From NCBI RefSeq assembly GCF_009914755.1, contig NC_060944.1: a stretch of DNA of 64,000 nt, one strand, 5' to 3'. Shown here piece by piece: positions 1 through 20,369 of the stretch. Origin of the DNA: the human T2T-CHM13v2.0 reference genome, Homo sapiens. Numbering within the stretch: position 1 is the stretch's first letter; every line of letters begins with the position of its first letter. The notes beneath the pieces are model-generated. The model did no database searches. It saw only the letters and a program-made list of their open reading frames with translations, and was not told the DNA's origin. The position numbers and the translations under genes are program-made.

Positions 1-159
1 TTGGGGTTCAATAGATGTTATTGACCATCTGCATGAATATACACGTGTATAGATTAGACATAGCATATATGCTATTCATGGACATTTATATAGAATCCAT
101 CCATTTGTGATTTATTCACCAACTGATGAGGTGGTATCAGACAATTAGTCTATAATAAT

Positions 160-390
160 AGTTACCACTTACAGTACTTACTGTGTGCTAAGCTTTCTTT
201 TAAGCACTTTAAGCATATTAGCTCAGTCTTCATAACAACCAATGAAAGGTAAGACTGTTAGCCCCATTTTACAGATGGGGAAACTAAGGCACTGAGAAGG
301 ATAATTTTCCCGAGGTCTCACACACAGCGCAAGGTAAGTGCCAGAACCAGGAATGAAACCAGGTGATCTGGTTCTGAGGAATGATATTAT
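160..390 (-). mobile_element. MIR (SINE) remnant
   Basis: MIR core ccccattttacagatggggaaactaaggc...aggtctcacacac. Confidence 0.7.
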
Positions 391-2256
391 AGATTTCTGC
401 ATGTGGTAGAGACAGCACATGTATATGTTTTATGTGAACACCATTTAGTCCTTAATTTTTCTTTACACCAATCCTAATAAAGTAAACGTTTGAATGGGAA
501 TATTAGCTATTTTTGAAGATAGATACAGGACAATTTATTGTGGAGCATATACCCATTCTGGCCTGTAGGGATGATAATTGCTAGCATGCATCAGGAAGCA
601 AGCTTGTGAACAATCCAGTTTTTCTAGTACTTGCTTCATACTAGGGAGAAAGTCATCAGTTACTTTGGCATAGAATTTTAGGTTCTTCATCTAATAGAAT
701 TTGATTGTGACCATTAATTTTTGTTTATCTTACGACTTCATCAGTAGATGTTCAGATTTTTCTCATTTTGTTGGCAGGGAGGAAATGAGGAAATATATCT
801 ACGTAAATAGAGAGAAACTTCTAAATTAAAACATCCTGTTGTGCTACCTGCTCTTTCGGTGTCAACAAACTGAGTTTTCCTTTAAATGCTGGTACCTTAG
901 AGAATGAACTAAAATTTCCTTGTAGAGATACTTTTAAGTTCCTTGTTTCTACATTTTTCTAGGGAAAGATGACAATTCACTAGTTAAGGGGCAAGAAATT
1001 ATGGTTACATAATAGCAACCTTTAAGCTTTAGAATCCTTTTGATCTCTATGTGAATATGATCTTAGCAGTCATCTGTATTGCATGATGGAGAAACTAACG
1101 GTTGGAGCTGGATTCTGAGGGAATTTTTCTAAGGGGAATACTTGAGGAAACAGACTAAAAGTGCTTTCTGTCTCATGATATGTGTGCTGAAGGCCAATCA
1201 TCTTACTGCTTTCTCAACTAAAAGATTTTCTAATAGAGGTGTGGTTATATGTATCTGATACTTGTAATGAGATGTAAATGATCAGTGGCCTCAAGTCATT
1301 CCTAGCAGATTGTAGGTTAGTTAACTTTTTTTTTTTTTTTAAATTCTGGCCAGTTCTTTATTATGTAAGTTTTTCCCGTACTGGTTAGTTTATTTTATTG
1401 TTTTCCCTAAAAGAACCAACAGGAGGTTATTTCTGAATGGCCTTGACCAGGACAAGAAGATTGAAGGCTACAATAAAGTAGATATGAGTCCTGTCTATTA
1501 TTATTATTTGCCCTCAGCTAAGAGCTTTCCTTTAAAATTTGTTTGACATTTTGGTAAGTCTTTGGCATGTTTTTATGCTGTTTTTAACTCCTTGATTTTG
1601 TTTTTATTTTTAAAGCTAGATAACATTAGCTTAATAGGCCAGTTTTAAAATTTCACTGTAACAACCTTGTATAGTTCTTTTAAAAGTTGACAATTCTCTC
1701 TTTTCCTTAAGTGAGCATTGGAGTTCATAATTGATCTTTAGGAGATAGGGTTACATAAAGGAAAGAGCATTAATTTTAAAATTAATGTTGGTTTAGATCC
1801 CAGATCTGCCATATATAGCTGTGTGACCCTGAATGAGTTAACTCTTTGCATTTATAAAACGGGACAATGTCACCTGCCTCATAGGATACTTAGGATCAAA
1901 TGCGTTTCTAGGAATCCCTGAGTGCTTTGCAGGCCATAAATGATGGATGGATATTTTTGTTATTTACTAAACGAGTTAGCTGGTTTGGGTTTCTGTATAG
2001 TGAACTTTTTGTATAGCGAACTGATTGGACTTCTGAATGGAGGAGATGGACAGAAAGTAATCCAAAGGCTTGTTGAAAGTCAGTTTGAATCTATAAATAC
2101 AATGATTGGTAGCTGAAAAATATTAGTCAAAATGTATAGTGTTGCTCCTGATGAGAGCTGGCTGGCTTTTTTCAAAAAGTAGTCTAAGACAATAAAAACA
2201 GTCTGTATTTTATAGGTCAGATGTGTGCTACCTTCCTCTGTCCACGTAGGAAATAA

Positions 2257-2670
<414 letters not shown>

Positions 2671-2987
2671 TGGATTCCTACTTTAAGCTCACAATCCGGT
2701 GTGGGAGCCAGCAGAGACACTTGCATTGCAGTAAACTGTGATAAGGGCCATTTTAGAAATAAGCATAGGGAAATTGTTATGTGCCTTTCTTTTAAAAGTC
2801 TTTAAAGAAAGCAGAGTACGTGTAAAATAAATGAGGTACATAGTAAGTTTCCCTTCACTGGCTGACCATTGGTTTTTTAAGTTTTGTGTGGAATGTACTG
2901 TGGTTGCCATTTATTTGAGTGCTTACTGTTTTATATCATAAACAGGTTTACTCCTTACAGGAACCCTAGTAAGTAGATTTGCCTATG

Positions 2988-3268
2988 TTTTTTTTTTTCT
3001 TCACAGAGTCTTGCTCTGTCGCCTAGGCTGGAGTGCAGTGGCGTGATCTCAGCTCACTGCAGCCTCTGCCTTCAGGCTGCCTCAGCCTCCCAATTAGCTG
3101 GGATTACAGGCGCCTGCCACTATACCCGGCTAATTTTTTTATATATTTAGTAGAGACGGGGTTTCACCATGTTGGCCAGGCTGGTCTTGAACTCCTGACC
3201 TCAAGTGATCACCCTCCTCGGCCTCCCAGAGTGCTGGGATTACAGGCGTGAGCCACCACGCCCAGCCC
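2988..3268 (-). mobile_element. Alu with TSD agatttgcct
   Basis: Alu consensus with a small internal deletion. Confidence 0.93.
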
Positions 3269-5556
3269 AGATTTGCCTGTATTATGGATGAGAAAACAAA
3301 TTCACAGAGGTCACATAGCCTGTGGACTTGGTGTGCGGTACTGGTAAATCAGACTGATAGGCTTCATTATGTCAGTGGGCCCCAAACTGTAGAAATTATT
3401 CATAAGGTCAACCAATTGGGCTGTCTTTATGGATCAGAATTAACATAGTGTCTTTTGGATTGATTACTTAAGCCAAGAAGTCAATTTATTGTCATATCTA
3501 CCATTAAGTCACATGTGTAACCTTGCGCCTGTCACTTAACACCCTCAGTAAGTTTAATCATGGCTAATTGGACATAATTAGCAATGATATGCAACAGCTG
3601 ATGTGAAAGAGGGAAGGGATTTTGAAATAATAGAAATGCAGTTTCTCTCCAAATTCAGTGTTCACTGGACTTAGTGCTAATGACTTTGTATTACAGATAT
3701 GCTGTGTTTTGTTTCCTAACAAAGAACCTGCAAATGTTTGAATGGAATTAAATTTATTACAGGACTCTAAATTTTATATGTAGAATGGCACACAGACAGT
3801 TTTATAGTGGGTGTTTTTTAGTGAGTAGTTTTCTCTGAGAGCCAGGAGTGTTTAACTTTTTCTGGGTAACACCCACTAACCACCTGGTCCCACTGACTTT
3901 CTCAGTCCCTTCTGCAGTAGCTTGGCATCTGATTTTTCTTCAGCAGAGAGACTCCAGAACTAAAACTTCTGCTGTACAGTGCTGTGGATGCTCTATCTGG
4001 AATGGTACATCTGTGAATGCTGTTCAGAATATGTGATCAGTTCCTTACCCCATTGAAACATTCGAGCCTAGATTTTTCAGATTTTCTTGTCAGTTTTCTT
4101 CCTTATTCTCATTTCTTTATCTGCTTTGGCCTTTGATTTTTATCTCATCTAGAAAAACATACATGCACTTTATTAATAACATCTCTTTTTAAGTCACGAC
4201 CTAGCTACCTTTAAACCTATTTCCTCTAGTTCTGTCTGGTTGGCTTTCTAAGGAGAGGCATTGTAACCCTTAAACGTGTGCTGTTTTTTTTTTTAATTGA
4301 TGTGTAATAGATATACATGTGCTCTTTTCTTGTGTTTCTACCACTAGAGTTTAAGCTCTCTGAGGGGAGGACTACACTGCTTTCTTTTAAATTCCTCTCA
4401 ATGAATAATCCAAAGAGTTCTTAGAAATTTGGTAGTTTTTCATTTTGTTAGTTATTTCAACACACATTGGATTATATGTGTTACATTTTTGTGAGGTAGC
4501 TTAAGAATAAAAAATAAGAATGGCTTATGAGCCTTTACTCTAACCAGCACTATATGGGCATTTTATGTTCATTATCTTATTTGATAGCTATTAATGTCTC
4601 TTTTTAACACTGAGAAAACAGATTCAGGTAAGTTATAATGTGGAAATGTAGAAAAATCACCTACTTTCTCTTTAGAAGCTCAGATGTGTATGTAAGGCTT
4701 GCTAAAAGCAGACCCCACCGTATATTTTATATGTATAGAGCTTGGGTAATTCCTGACATATAATAATGGAGTCTTCATCTGAAATTTCTAACAAATTATT
4801 AAATTCAAAGCTTATTATTTTCGAATCGAGCATGTTCTTTGCCTTGAAAACAAAACATAGCTGAAAGCCAGTGCTTCTAAAGGCCACAGCTGTCATTTTC
4901 AACCCTTTCTGTCTTTGCACTGCCTTTATTTAAAAAAAAATGGATTAGCAGTAGGTAGTCTTCTTTTTCTTTTCTTTCTTTCTTTTTTGATTCTTCTCCT
5001 AGGATATCTGCTCTAGCCACTGGGAAATAACTTCTCAGTATTTTGACCCTGACTAGAAAGATGTCCCTTGGGGAAGGAATTGGGATAGAGGGGCTAGGCT
5101 GTTTCCTAGATCCTCTATTTTCAGCATTTATTATCTGATTTAGGATTTTGTTTCTTTGAAGAAAATCCTATTTTGTGAGTACCTTTAGAATTATTTTTCA
5201 TAGCTGTTTATCTGCACTAGTGGTTTCTCTTTAAACAGAAAAACACTTTTTTTCTTAAAAAAAGAAATAGTACCCAATTTTTAAAAAAGTAATACATACT
5301 TGAAGAAAATTTAAAAAGATAGGAAAATGAGGATATAATAATGTTATTACCCAGAGACAGAACCAGTGTTAACCATTTGGTGTAACCTTTCTGTTCGGGT
5401 TTGTTTGTTCTTTAGGGGATATTTTACAGAAATAAAATATTGTGCAGCCTCGTCCCTCCAGCCCCCATTGCTCTTAAATAAATCTTTTCATGACATTAAA
5501 TCTCTTCTTTTGATGGCCACGTAATCTTGTACCATCTATCTCCTTCCCTCCCCTGC

Positions 5557-5859
<303 letters not shown>

Positions 5860-7338
5860 AGTCTCCTTATTTTTTAAACCATTCCCATATTGTTGGATAT
5901 TTAGATTTGCTTCCATTTTTTCACTAAGCAATCTCTGCGTTTATCAACAAATGCTTCCCAGTCCTGACTTGCTGCATCCAGTGGCTTAGAACAGATTGAC
6001 AGCCATCATCATCATATAGGTGTGCTGGAGAGCTCCTGTTCTCAAGCACGTCAGTCTCTTCCTGAAATATGCCCAGCACAAGGAAAATCTCTTGGCTTAC
6101 TGCAGGGTTGGGCCTTTTGTGGCCTCTAATGAGTTTGCCTGCGCCAGTATCTTGATGCTTCTGCAGTGGTGCCAGGCCTGACGATGAGACTATAGTCTTT
6201 CAAAAACTTTTTAGGAGACAAATAAAGAGTATCTTGCTGACTTTTTTTTTAGTGGGAACCTCATTCAAAGTCTTGGAACAACAGTAGGTCTTGATTAAAA
6301 ACCATCATGGCATATCACTAGAAAATTCAATTAGAAACTAATGGATAAACTTCAGTTACATTTAACATATATGTCCATTTTAACATAACATACTAACTAT
6401 CTGTACAAGATTAATCTAGACTTTTGCTTTTCCTTCTCACAAAATTGTATATTTAAAAAGAAAATTCAAGCTTATGGTTTTATGGGCTGCTACAGTGTAA
6501 TAGTCGTGGAGAAGAATAATAGTACTTCAGTTTGATTTTGCACTATGCATTTTTCAAGGAAGATTTCCACATTTAGTATTCTTTAATTCCCTGCGCCTCA
6601 TCTTCACAGCAACTCTACTGAGGTAGATGCCATCTTCATTTTATGGATTGGAAGGCTGAGATTTAACATGCTCACATGGCTGTATAGTGGCACATTGCGC
6701 TGTGACACACAGTCCTGCTGCCTTCCGACTATACTACATATAGGTACTCTGTGTTCCTTGTGCTCTCCCAATAATGATTTGTAGAAAAACTTGATATTCA
6801 TTTGCATATGAGTTTTGTGCTTAGCACAGTTATAAGCATTAAATGTGAAACAAACATGAAGCTTTCCTTTGAGGGCACACACGTGAAGCTGTAAGTGGTA
6901 CAGTACTCATCTGTATCACAGAATGGCATAAAGAAGTCCTAGACCATGTAATAGGCTATAAGTATATTCAGAGTCATAGGCAAGGTAAATCAGTGAGGGC
7001 TAGGGCAGTCAGGGAAGGGTTTGTAGCCCTAGAAGAATGGGTGGAGTTCAGATAGGCAGGCAGTAAATAGGAGAGCACTCTAGATGAAGGGAACTACAAA
7101 AGCAGTTTCAGACACGTTTGAGCATTGTGTTTATAGGGCATGTGGTGCTGGCCAGCCTGAGAGAAAGGTACATGTTGGAGAACAGTGGATGAGAAAGCCA
7201 AACAAGTAAAGAGGAGACAATTTATCAGGAATTTGAAAGCCAGGTAGAGCTTAAATTTGATGGAGTAGCCAAAAGGGAGTCATTGGAAGTTACTGAGTAA
7301 GGACAAAGGCAAGACTAGAGGTAATTTAGGAAGAGTAA

Positions 7339-7628
<290 letters not shown>

Positions 7629-7989
7629 TGGAAGAGTGAATTACTCTTTGAATTTCAGAGGGCACAGAAATTCAAGAAACTAGGTACAAATGTAATGAAG
7701 ATTTAATATGCTTGTGAGGCTAATAGGTGCTTTGAATTATTTGAGAAAAGGGAGAACTCTACCAACTCTGCAGTTTTATGCTTACATTTCAGGATCAGTT
7801 TGTTCATTCAGCAGATATTTGTTCCTACCAATTATGTACAGGATGCTGTGGGAGATATGTCCAAAGGAGCTTATGGTGTAGGAAGGGAAATAGGAGACAC
7901 TATGTAAGTAATTTTAGTACTGAAGAAACGTGGTAAGACATTGACAGGTATCAGCGAAATGCTTTGTGAGAATATATTCATTAGAGCAA

Positions 7990-8180
7990 TGCCGTCCCAT
8001 AGGAATAGAATATAAGCCACATGTAATTTAAATTTTTCTGGTAGCTGCATTTAAAAATTTTTTTAAAGTGAAATTGATTCTATCTGTTTTTACTTAACCC
8101 ATTATGAACAAAATATGATTTCAATATGTGGCACTAGCCACATTTTAAGTGAATAGCCACATGTAGCTATGGCTATGGCT
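7990..8180. mobile_element. MER33-like hAT-Charlie DNA transposon remnant
   Basis: agccacatgtaatttaaatttttct...actagccacattttaagtg...atagccacatgtagcta resembles MER33/MER3 as I recall the consensus. Confidence 0.6.
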
Positions 8181-9447
8181 TAAACAGCTTAAGAAAGGCT
8201 TCATGGAAGGGATGGTATCTGAGCCACACTGTGAAGAATCTTGTATGCAGAGTAAATTTGGGAAAAGCCATTCCAGGTAGAGGGAGTGGCTTGGTGAGCA
8301 AAGATAGAAAAGCATACTTTGTATGTAAGAAAACCATTTTGGCAGAAGCACATATGATGTGGAAGGCATGATGTGGGGGTCTGGAAGATAGGTTGGCAAG
8401 CTTTCACTGATAGGGGAGGAAATCTGACTCTGCTTTTGGCATCAGGGAACTTTAAAGAATTTTGAGCGGGAAGTGACTTGAGCAGAGTTATAGGAAAATG
8501 GGTCTTACAGCAAAGGCATGGAGGGGGCTGTAGATAATGAGTGACTGAAAGCATTGCCACTAGGGCAAGATTTTGGATGGGAGATTTATTGTAGATGTAG
8601 AAATAGGAACAATTTCATTTCTCCTTTGCTGCCTTCCTCCAAACTGCTGGGTGTTGTGTAACCCATTTCCTGTTGAAATTGGTCTAGTTGCTTCAAAATC
8701 CATGTTATATAAGTCAAAAGTTATGTAAGCAGTAGCCATCAGGACCTTTAGCTATGGATTTTGTTTGTTGTAAGTTGTTTCTGTATGTGTATAATTAAAA
8801 ATATTTGAAACAGATAAATGGATACAGATTTTAAAAAGGTGTGCATTCAGTCCTTATCTTGCCATGATGGTTCTCAATCTCTAAGAAATCTTGCAGTAAT
8901 CTCGGAGAAGCTTAAAATAGCTGACCCCAAACAGAAAGGGTGCATTTTATTTTGGGAAATAGGGAAGGCATATTTGGGAGGTCCCACTGAATAGTCCAGA
9001 TTCTTTGGAGTAGTATGATTTAACTTTTAATCCTTGAGAAGGAGAGAAGTAAAAGGGGGATAGCTTAATTTTGGGGCCTAGTAGAGCTGAAGAGGTTGAT
9101 GGCATTATTTAGCAACGGCAATCCTTTATTACTCCATTATGATACCACATGGGATGGCTTAGCTCTGAATTGGCTTTTGGCCAGTACTTTATGATTTGGA
9201 GTAATCCACAGGTAGAGTTGCATAGGTACTGTTCTATGAACTTTGAAGTGGGCCTCTAAGTGACTTCTAACTTTGAGTTAGTCTACAGACTGGAAATTTT
9301 CTGAAGGTTGTTGGGTCATTGAAAGTTGGCTTCTTTCTGGTGTACCTGGCACTTTTAGAAACCATGAAGTAGGGTTATTTAATGATGAAGATATTTATTG
9401 TCCTGATCTCAAAGACCTTATGGTCAAGAAAGTTAGATATATGAAGA

Positions 9448-9612
9448 CAGTGGTCATCCTTTGGTATCCAGGGGGTGTAGGTTCCAGGACACCTGGGGAT
9501 ACCAAAATCTGAAGATACTTGTTTATTTTGTGTTTTTTTCCTTCTTTATTTTCCACCACGGTTGGTTGAATCTGTGTATCTGGAACCTGCAGATATGGAG
9601 GGCCAACTATAT
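9448..9612. mobile_element. MER2-like Tigger DNA transposon, internally deleted
   Basis: Termini ggtatcc...ggttccaggac...ggataccaaaatc and ggttgaatc...gcagatatggagggccaact. Confidence 0.7.
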
Positions 9613-9647
9613 ATACTTTTAAGATGGTAGAGTATTTTTGATGTACT

Positions 9648-10040
9648 TGTATTAGAGTAGAACAGGTTGTCTTGTGGTAACCAACAGCTCCAGCATCTCA
9701 ATGTTTTAACCCAGCAAAAGTTTCTTTTGTTTTCACCCTGCGTGTCCAATGCAGGTCTGCAGGAGTCTTGCACTATACAGTCACCCGGGGACTCAGGCTG
9801 ACAAAAACTCTACAGTTGCATGACTGTACCACCTAGAATACATGGCCTTCTCAGTGGCTGCTGTGAGGGAAAAGAGCCTGGGGAGGCACACGTAGGATAT
9901 TCACAGTGTTAGCCTGGAAGTAGCGTCATTTCTACTTATCTTTCATTGGACAGAACTACCATGTGGCCTCTTCTGACTGCTGTGGGGGTTCTGGGAAATA
10001 GAAGGGAACAAATGGAATGTTTCTTGAGGATTACTCTCTC
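9648..10040 (-). mobile_element. MLT1-type (ERVL-MaLR) LTR remnant
   Basis: tgtattag...gtaaccaaca...atctcaatg..ttaacccagcaaaagttt pattern of an antisense MLT1 3' end. Confidence 0.55.
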
Positions 10041-10367
10041 TGCCTTAGTTTTATTCTAGTGTTGTGAGTGAAGATGTCAGATGGATCAAAGTGAGACTTG
10101 CCTCACTGAGTGTAAGCTTACAATTAGTGAGCCTTATATAAGACACAGCTCTGCATGTGATTTAGATAATAAGCAGTAGGAAGAAAAATTATAGTTATGA
10201 ACTGGAGAATCAATTCTTTCTGAATCACCTAGATTTTGAGTGTATCTTATTGTGCTCCCTAAAACATTTTTAGGTGATAAGGCCCTGTGTGTAGAATTTC
10301 TCTCTTGAAAATACAGAAATGACTTTTGAGGCAAAATCATTTTGTGAGTGGAGGTCATACTTTCTTG

Positions 10368-10667
10368 TTTTTTTTTTCCTTTTTTTTTTGAGATGGAATC
10401 TTGCTCTGTTGCCCAGGCCAGAGTGCAGTGGCGCGATCTCTGCTCACTGCAACCTCCGTCTTCCGGGTTCAAGCGATTCTCTTGCTCAGCCTCCCCAGTA
10501 GCTGGGACTATAGGCACGTGCACTGTGCCCAGCTAATTTTTTGTTTTTTTAGTAGAGACGGGGTTTCACCGTGTTAGCCAGGATGGTCTCGATCTCCTGA
10601 CCTCGTGATTCACCTGCCTCGGCCTCCCAAAGTGCTGGGATTACAGGCATGAGCCACTGCGCCCAGC
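10368..10667 (-). mobile_element. Alu (S-like)
   Basis: Alu consensus. Confidence 0.93.
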
Positions 10668-10697
10668 AGAAAATGGTTAATTTAAAAATAGCAAAGA

Positions 10698-11377
<680 letters not shown>

Positions 11378-11914
11378 TTACTACTACTGTTTAAAGTAGC
11401 ATTTCATGTTTATATAGCTCAGGATATTAGTGTATTTTTATACTGTGTGGCACAGATTGATATATCAATATTTAAACCAACAGTACATAAAATTAACTCT
11501 TCTTGTTTAGTAAATAACTTTTCAATTATTTTATCCAAAAATTACTTATTAAAATTACCGCACTCTGTAAATGGTGATTATTGCAGTGGGGAACTGACTG
11601 TGGTGAGTTGATAAGAGATATTCACTGATTGGCATATGGATTTGATAAATTGATAAACTGAAGTCACTAGGATTTTTGTCTATTTCAGAAAAACTTTAAA
11701 TGAACTCAGTTATGGTTCAGATGAATTCAGTTATGGTTTCAAGTTATGTTGCTGTACATCTTGTTATACACCCCTTTCTCTTGCAACCTATACCATATAC
11801 AAAATTAGTGCCTGATATTTTTATATAATGCTTTATACTTTTTAAGGTGCCTTCACATGTATCAGGTCTTTTGTTCCTCATAACAGGCCCACTAAAAGAG
11901 TTGGTAGTGTTCTT

Positions 11915-12935
<1,021 letters not shown>

Positions 12936-13396
12936 TAGTAAGCATAAACTTCTAAAGAAATAGTTATTAAGCAGTCTGTATGTGCCAGGCAGGTGAATTA
13001 GGCTAATGGAAGAAAACAAAAGCTCTAGAGCCAGATAGATGTGAGCTGGAGTTCTGGCTCTCCACCATCTATTTGCATGTTGCTCTGGGCATATCACTTG
13101 CCTTCCCTGACCCTCCATTTCTTCACCCATAAGAAGGGGAAAGTTGTTGTTATGAACATACCTACTCTGGGACTGTTGGGAAGATTACTGGACCAAAATA
13201 ATATAAAGGCCTTAGCAAAGTACTTAACCCTAGAGGTGTTTGATATATCATCAATATTGTTGATGGCATTTGGAATGAGATGTTTCACATTTAGTATGCT
13301 GCTTTCCAGATGGGTTGGAAGAAGATTCACACACGTTTCCTAGGCCCCGAAACCTGACATTTGCTCTTTCTTTTTCTCTTGCTCTTGTTCTAGGGA

Positions 13397-18301
<4,905 letters not shown>

Positions 18302-19157
18302 TGTTTCTCGTGCTTTGTGATCTGTTCAGTGTCACTCTGTACCCTCAACATATATCCCTTGTGCGATAAAAAAAAAAAAAAAAAAAAAAAGAGAATCGTA
18401 CGTCGACTTTCGATTTTTCACAGCCTCAGCCTAGGAAAAATGGTTCATGGGATAAACAGCTGGTATTTGTATCTAAAACTCAGATTGGTCACATAAATGC
18501 CACGGCATTCCGAAGTTTTGATTTTGATTAACATTGACAGGATTACTGTGTGTTTAATTTTTTAAAAACTGAACACTGTGATTATGGGGTTTTGTAATTT
18601 AGCAGAACTCTTACTGGTAGAAAAAATAGACCTGAATTATGTGTAACTTTTTGGAAGGTTTAATCTGATATCAAAATAATCATTGAAATACAATTCCATT
18701 GTAAAGTTGTACAGAAAGTTATAGAGATTATATTGTGATGCTGGAACTTGGAGTGAGACACACATCATTTGGCATTTGAGTTGAATGGTAATTCACAGTA
18801 ATGCTGCCGTTGTTCGGGACTTAAAGACACTTGACCTGTTTGGGCTGTTGCCACTTAAAAGTTCATGACCACAAATGTCCACAGTGTCTTCCTCTGAGGA
18901 AACTCGAATCCTGAAATGGAAATTCTTTGTGGCAGATAACTGGCTTATGACACCTTGAAAAGTTCAAGTGCTCATATAACACACCACACTGAACCCCCTT
19001 TCCTACAGCAATATGTTCACTATGTTACCAATTTGCAACTTGTGCTTCAATAGTGGAATCTACTTTCATTGTTAACACTGAGCTAAAGAAAAAAAGCCGT
19101 GTGTTTTATGAATGACCTTATCTGTTTCCTGGATAATACCTTTAAGAATAATGTCCT

Positions 19158-19340
19158 GAGTCAGGCGTGGTGGTGCGTGCATCTAGTCCCAACTATTTGG
19201 GAGGCTGAGGCAGGAGGATCGCTTGAGCCCAGGAGTTTAAAGCTGCAGTGCCCTGTGGTTGCACCTGTGAATAACTGCACTCCAGCCTGGGCAACATAGC
19301 GAGACCTCATCTCCAAAAAAGAAAACAAAAAACAAAAAAA
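19158..19340 (+). mobile_element. FAM-like fossil Alu monomer in the YWHAB 3'UTR
   Basis: Single monomer that retains the 7SL-like cctgtgaata(g)c.actgcactccagcctgggcaacatagcgagacc segment, followed by an A-rich tail. Confidence 0.75.
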
Positions 19341-20363
19341 GGAATGATGTTCTGTAGAGATGGCCTTTCACTTGAGGAGTACTCAGTTTTCAGGTTCTTC
19401 CTAGCTCGGGGCTTTTAAATTTTGAAATCTAAACATTCTTTCCCACCATCCTTTTTGACTGTTGACCTTGGTTTTCTCTTCTAAGTTTCTGTCCCTCTGC
19501 TTCCTTACTTTTTTTCCTTTTTGAATTCTATCTTTATCTGTCTTTTGTTCACTTTTTAATGCTATATATGGGCAGGGGTGAGAGACATTACTGAGCACCT
19601 TGGTGAGCAAGCCTGGCTTTAAAGATTGGAGAAGAGCTTCTGGCACCAGAACCCTGTCTTCCTCCAGTTCTCAACACGGTGTTGCTCTTCAGTCATACCG
19701 GAATCTGAATCAAAAAAGTATTTTTAAATATCCATGATTTCTCCCTGTATTGAGGCTAGCCCTGATCATGCTTTTTGTGCCTGTCACCAGGTCTCCCAAG
19801 TGCACTCATCCAGGTCAGTGCTCAGATGTGTTTAAGGAGACCCTATATTCAGGGAAGTTGCGTGAACACTGCAGTGGGGAGAATTGAGAATAGTCAGGCC
19901 TATCAGTCTCACAGAATCACCCCTCTACCTTTGATATTCCACTTAGCTGTAGAGTCCATCTGTTTGTCCATCTGCTGAAATGAGAAAAGAAAAATTTATG
20001 CACTGATTTAAAACAAACCAAAAAAAAAGAAAAAAACAAAAAAAAAAATCCCTCCTTTCTAGCTGAACAAAAATGTGCAGTTAATACTTGGCGCTTGAAA
20101 ATGCAGTAGTGAATGTGGAACCAAGCCTGTCTGTATATCTGGTAGCTCTTTTCTTGCTTTGTTTTTTCTTACCAGTATTCTGCCTAACGTTTGCTTCTGT
20201 GATGGTTATATTGCCTAGCAAGCACACCCGTGGTTGTGAAAATAGTATAGCAAAAAAGAAAAATCCCCGGTTATTGATGTACTAGATTTGTGTATGTCTT
20301 TTAAACAGTTCTAGTTTCACCTTACACAGAATAATCAGGAAAAGTGTAAAAATTCAAAAGTGA

Positions 20364-20369
20364 AATAAA
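20364..20369 (+). terminator. YWHAB polyadenylation signal AATAAA
   Basis: Canonical hexamer with upstream TGTA motifs and a downstream GT-rich tract. Confidence 0.8.

Noticed and set aside
4621-4634. Perfect donor CAG|GTAAGT in YWHAB intron 1
   Set aside because: No convincing acceptor at exon distance upstream; isolated consensus donors are common.
18368-18390. A23 as the tail of a processed pseudogene or retrocopy
   Set aside because: The upstream sequence is an intron-containing gene with no TSD, and the UTR continues to a canonical signal at 20364.
19158-19340. 7SL RNA gene
   Set aside because: Lacks the S domain, is diverged and has an A-tail; it is a FAM-like SINE.
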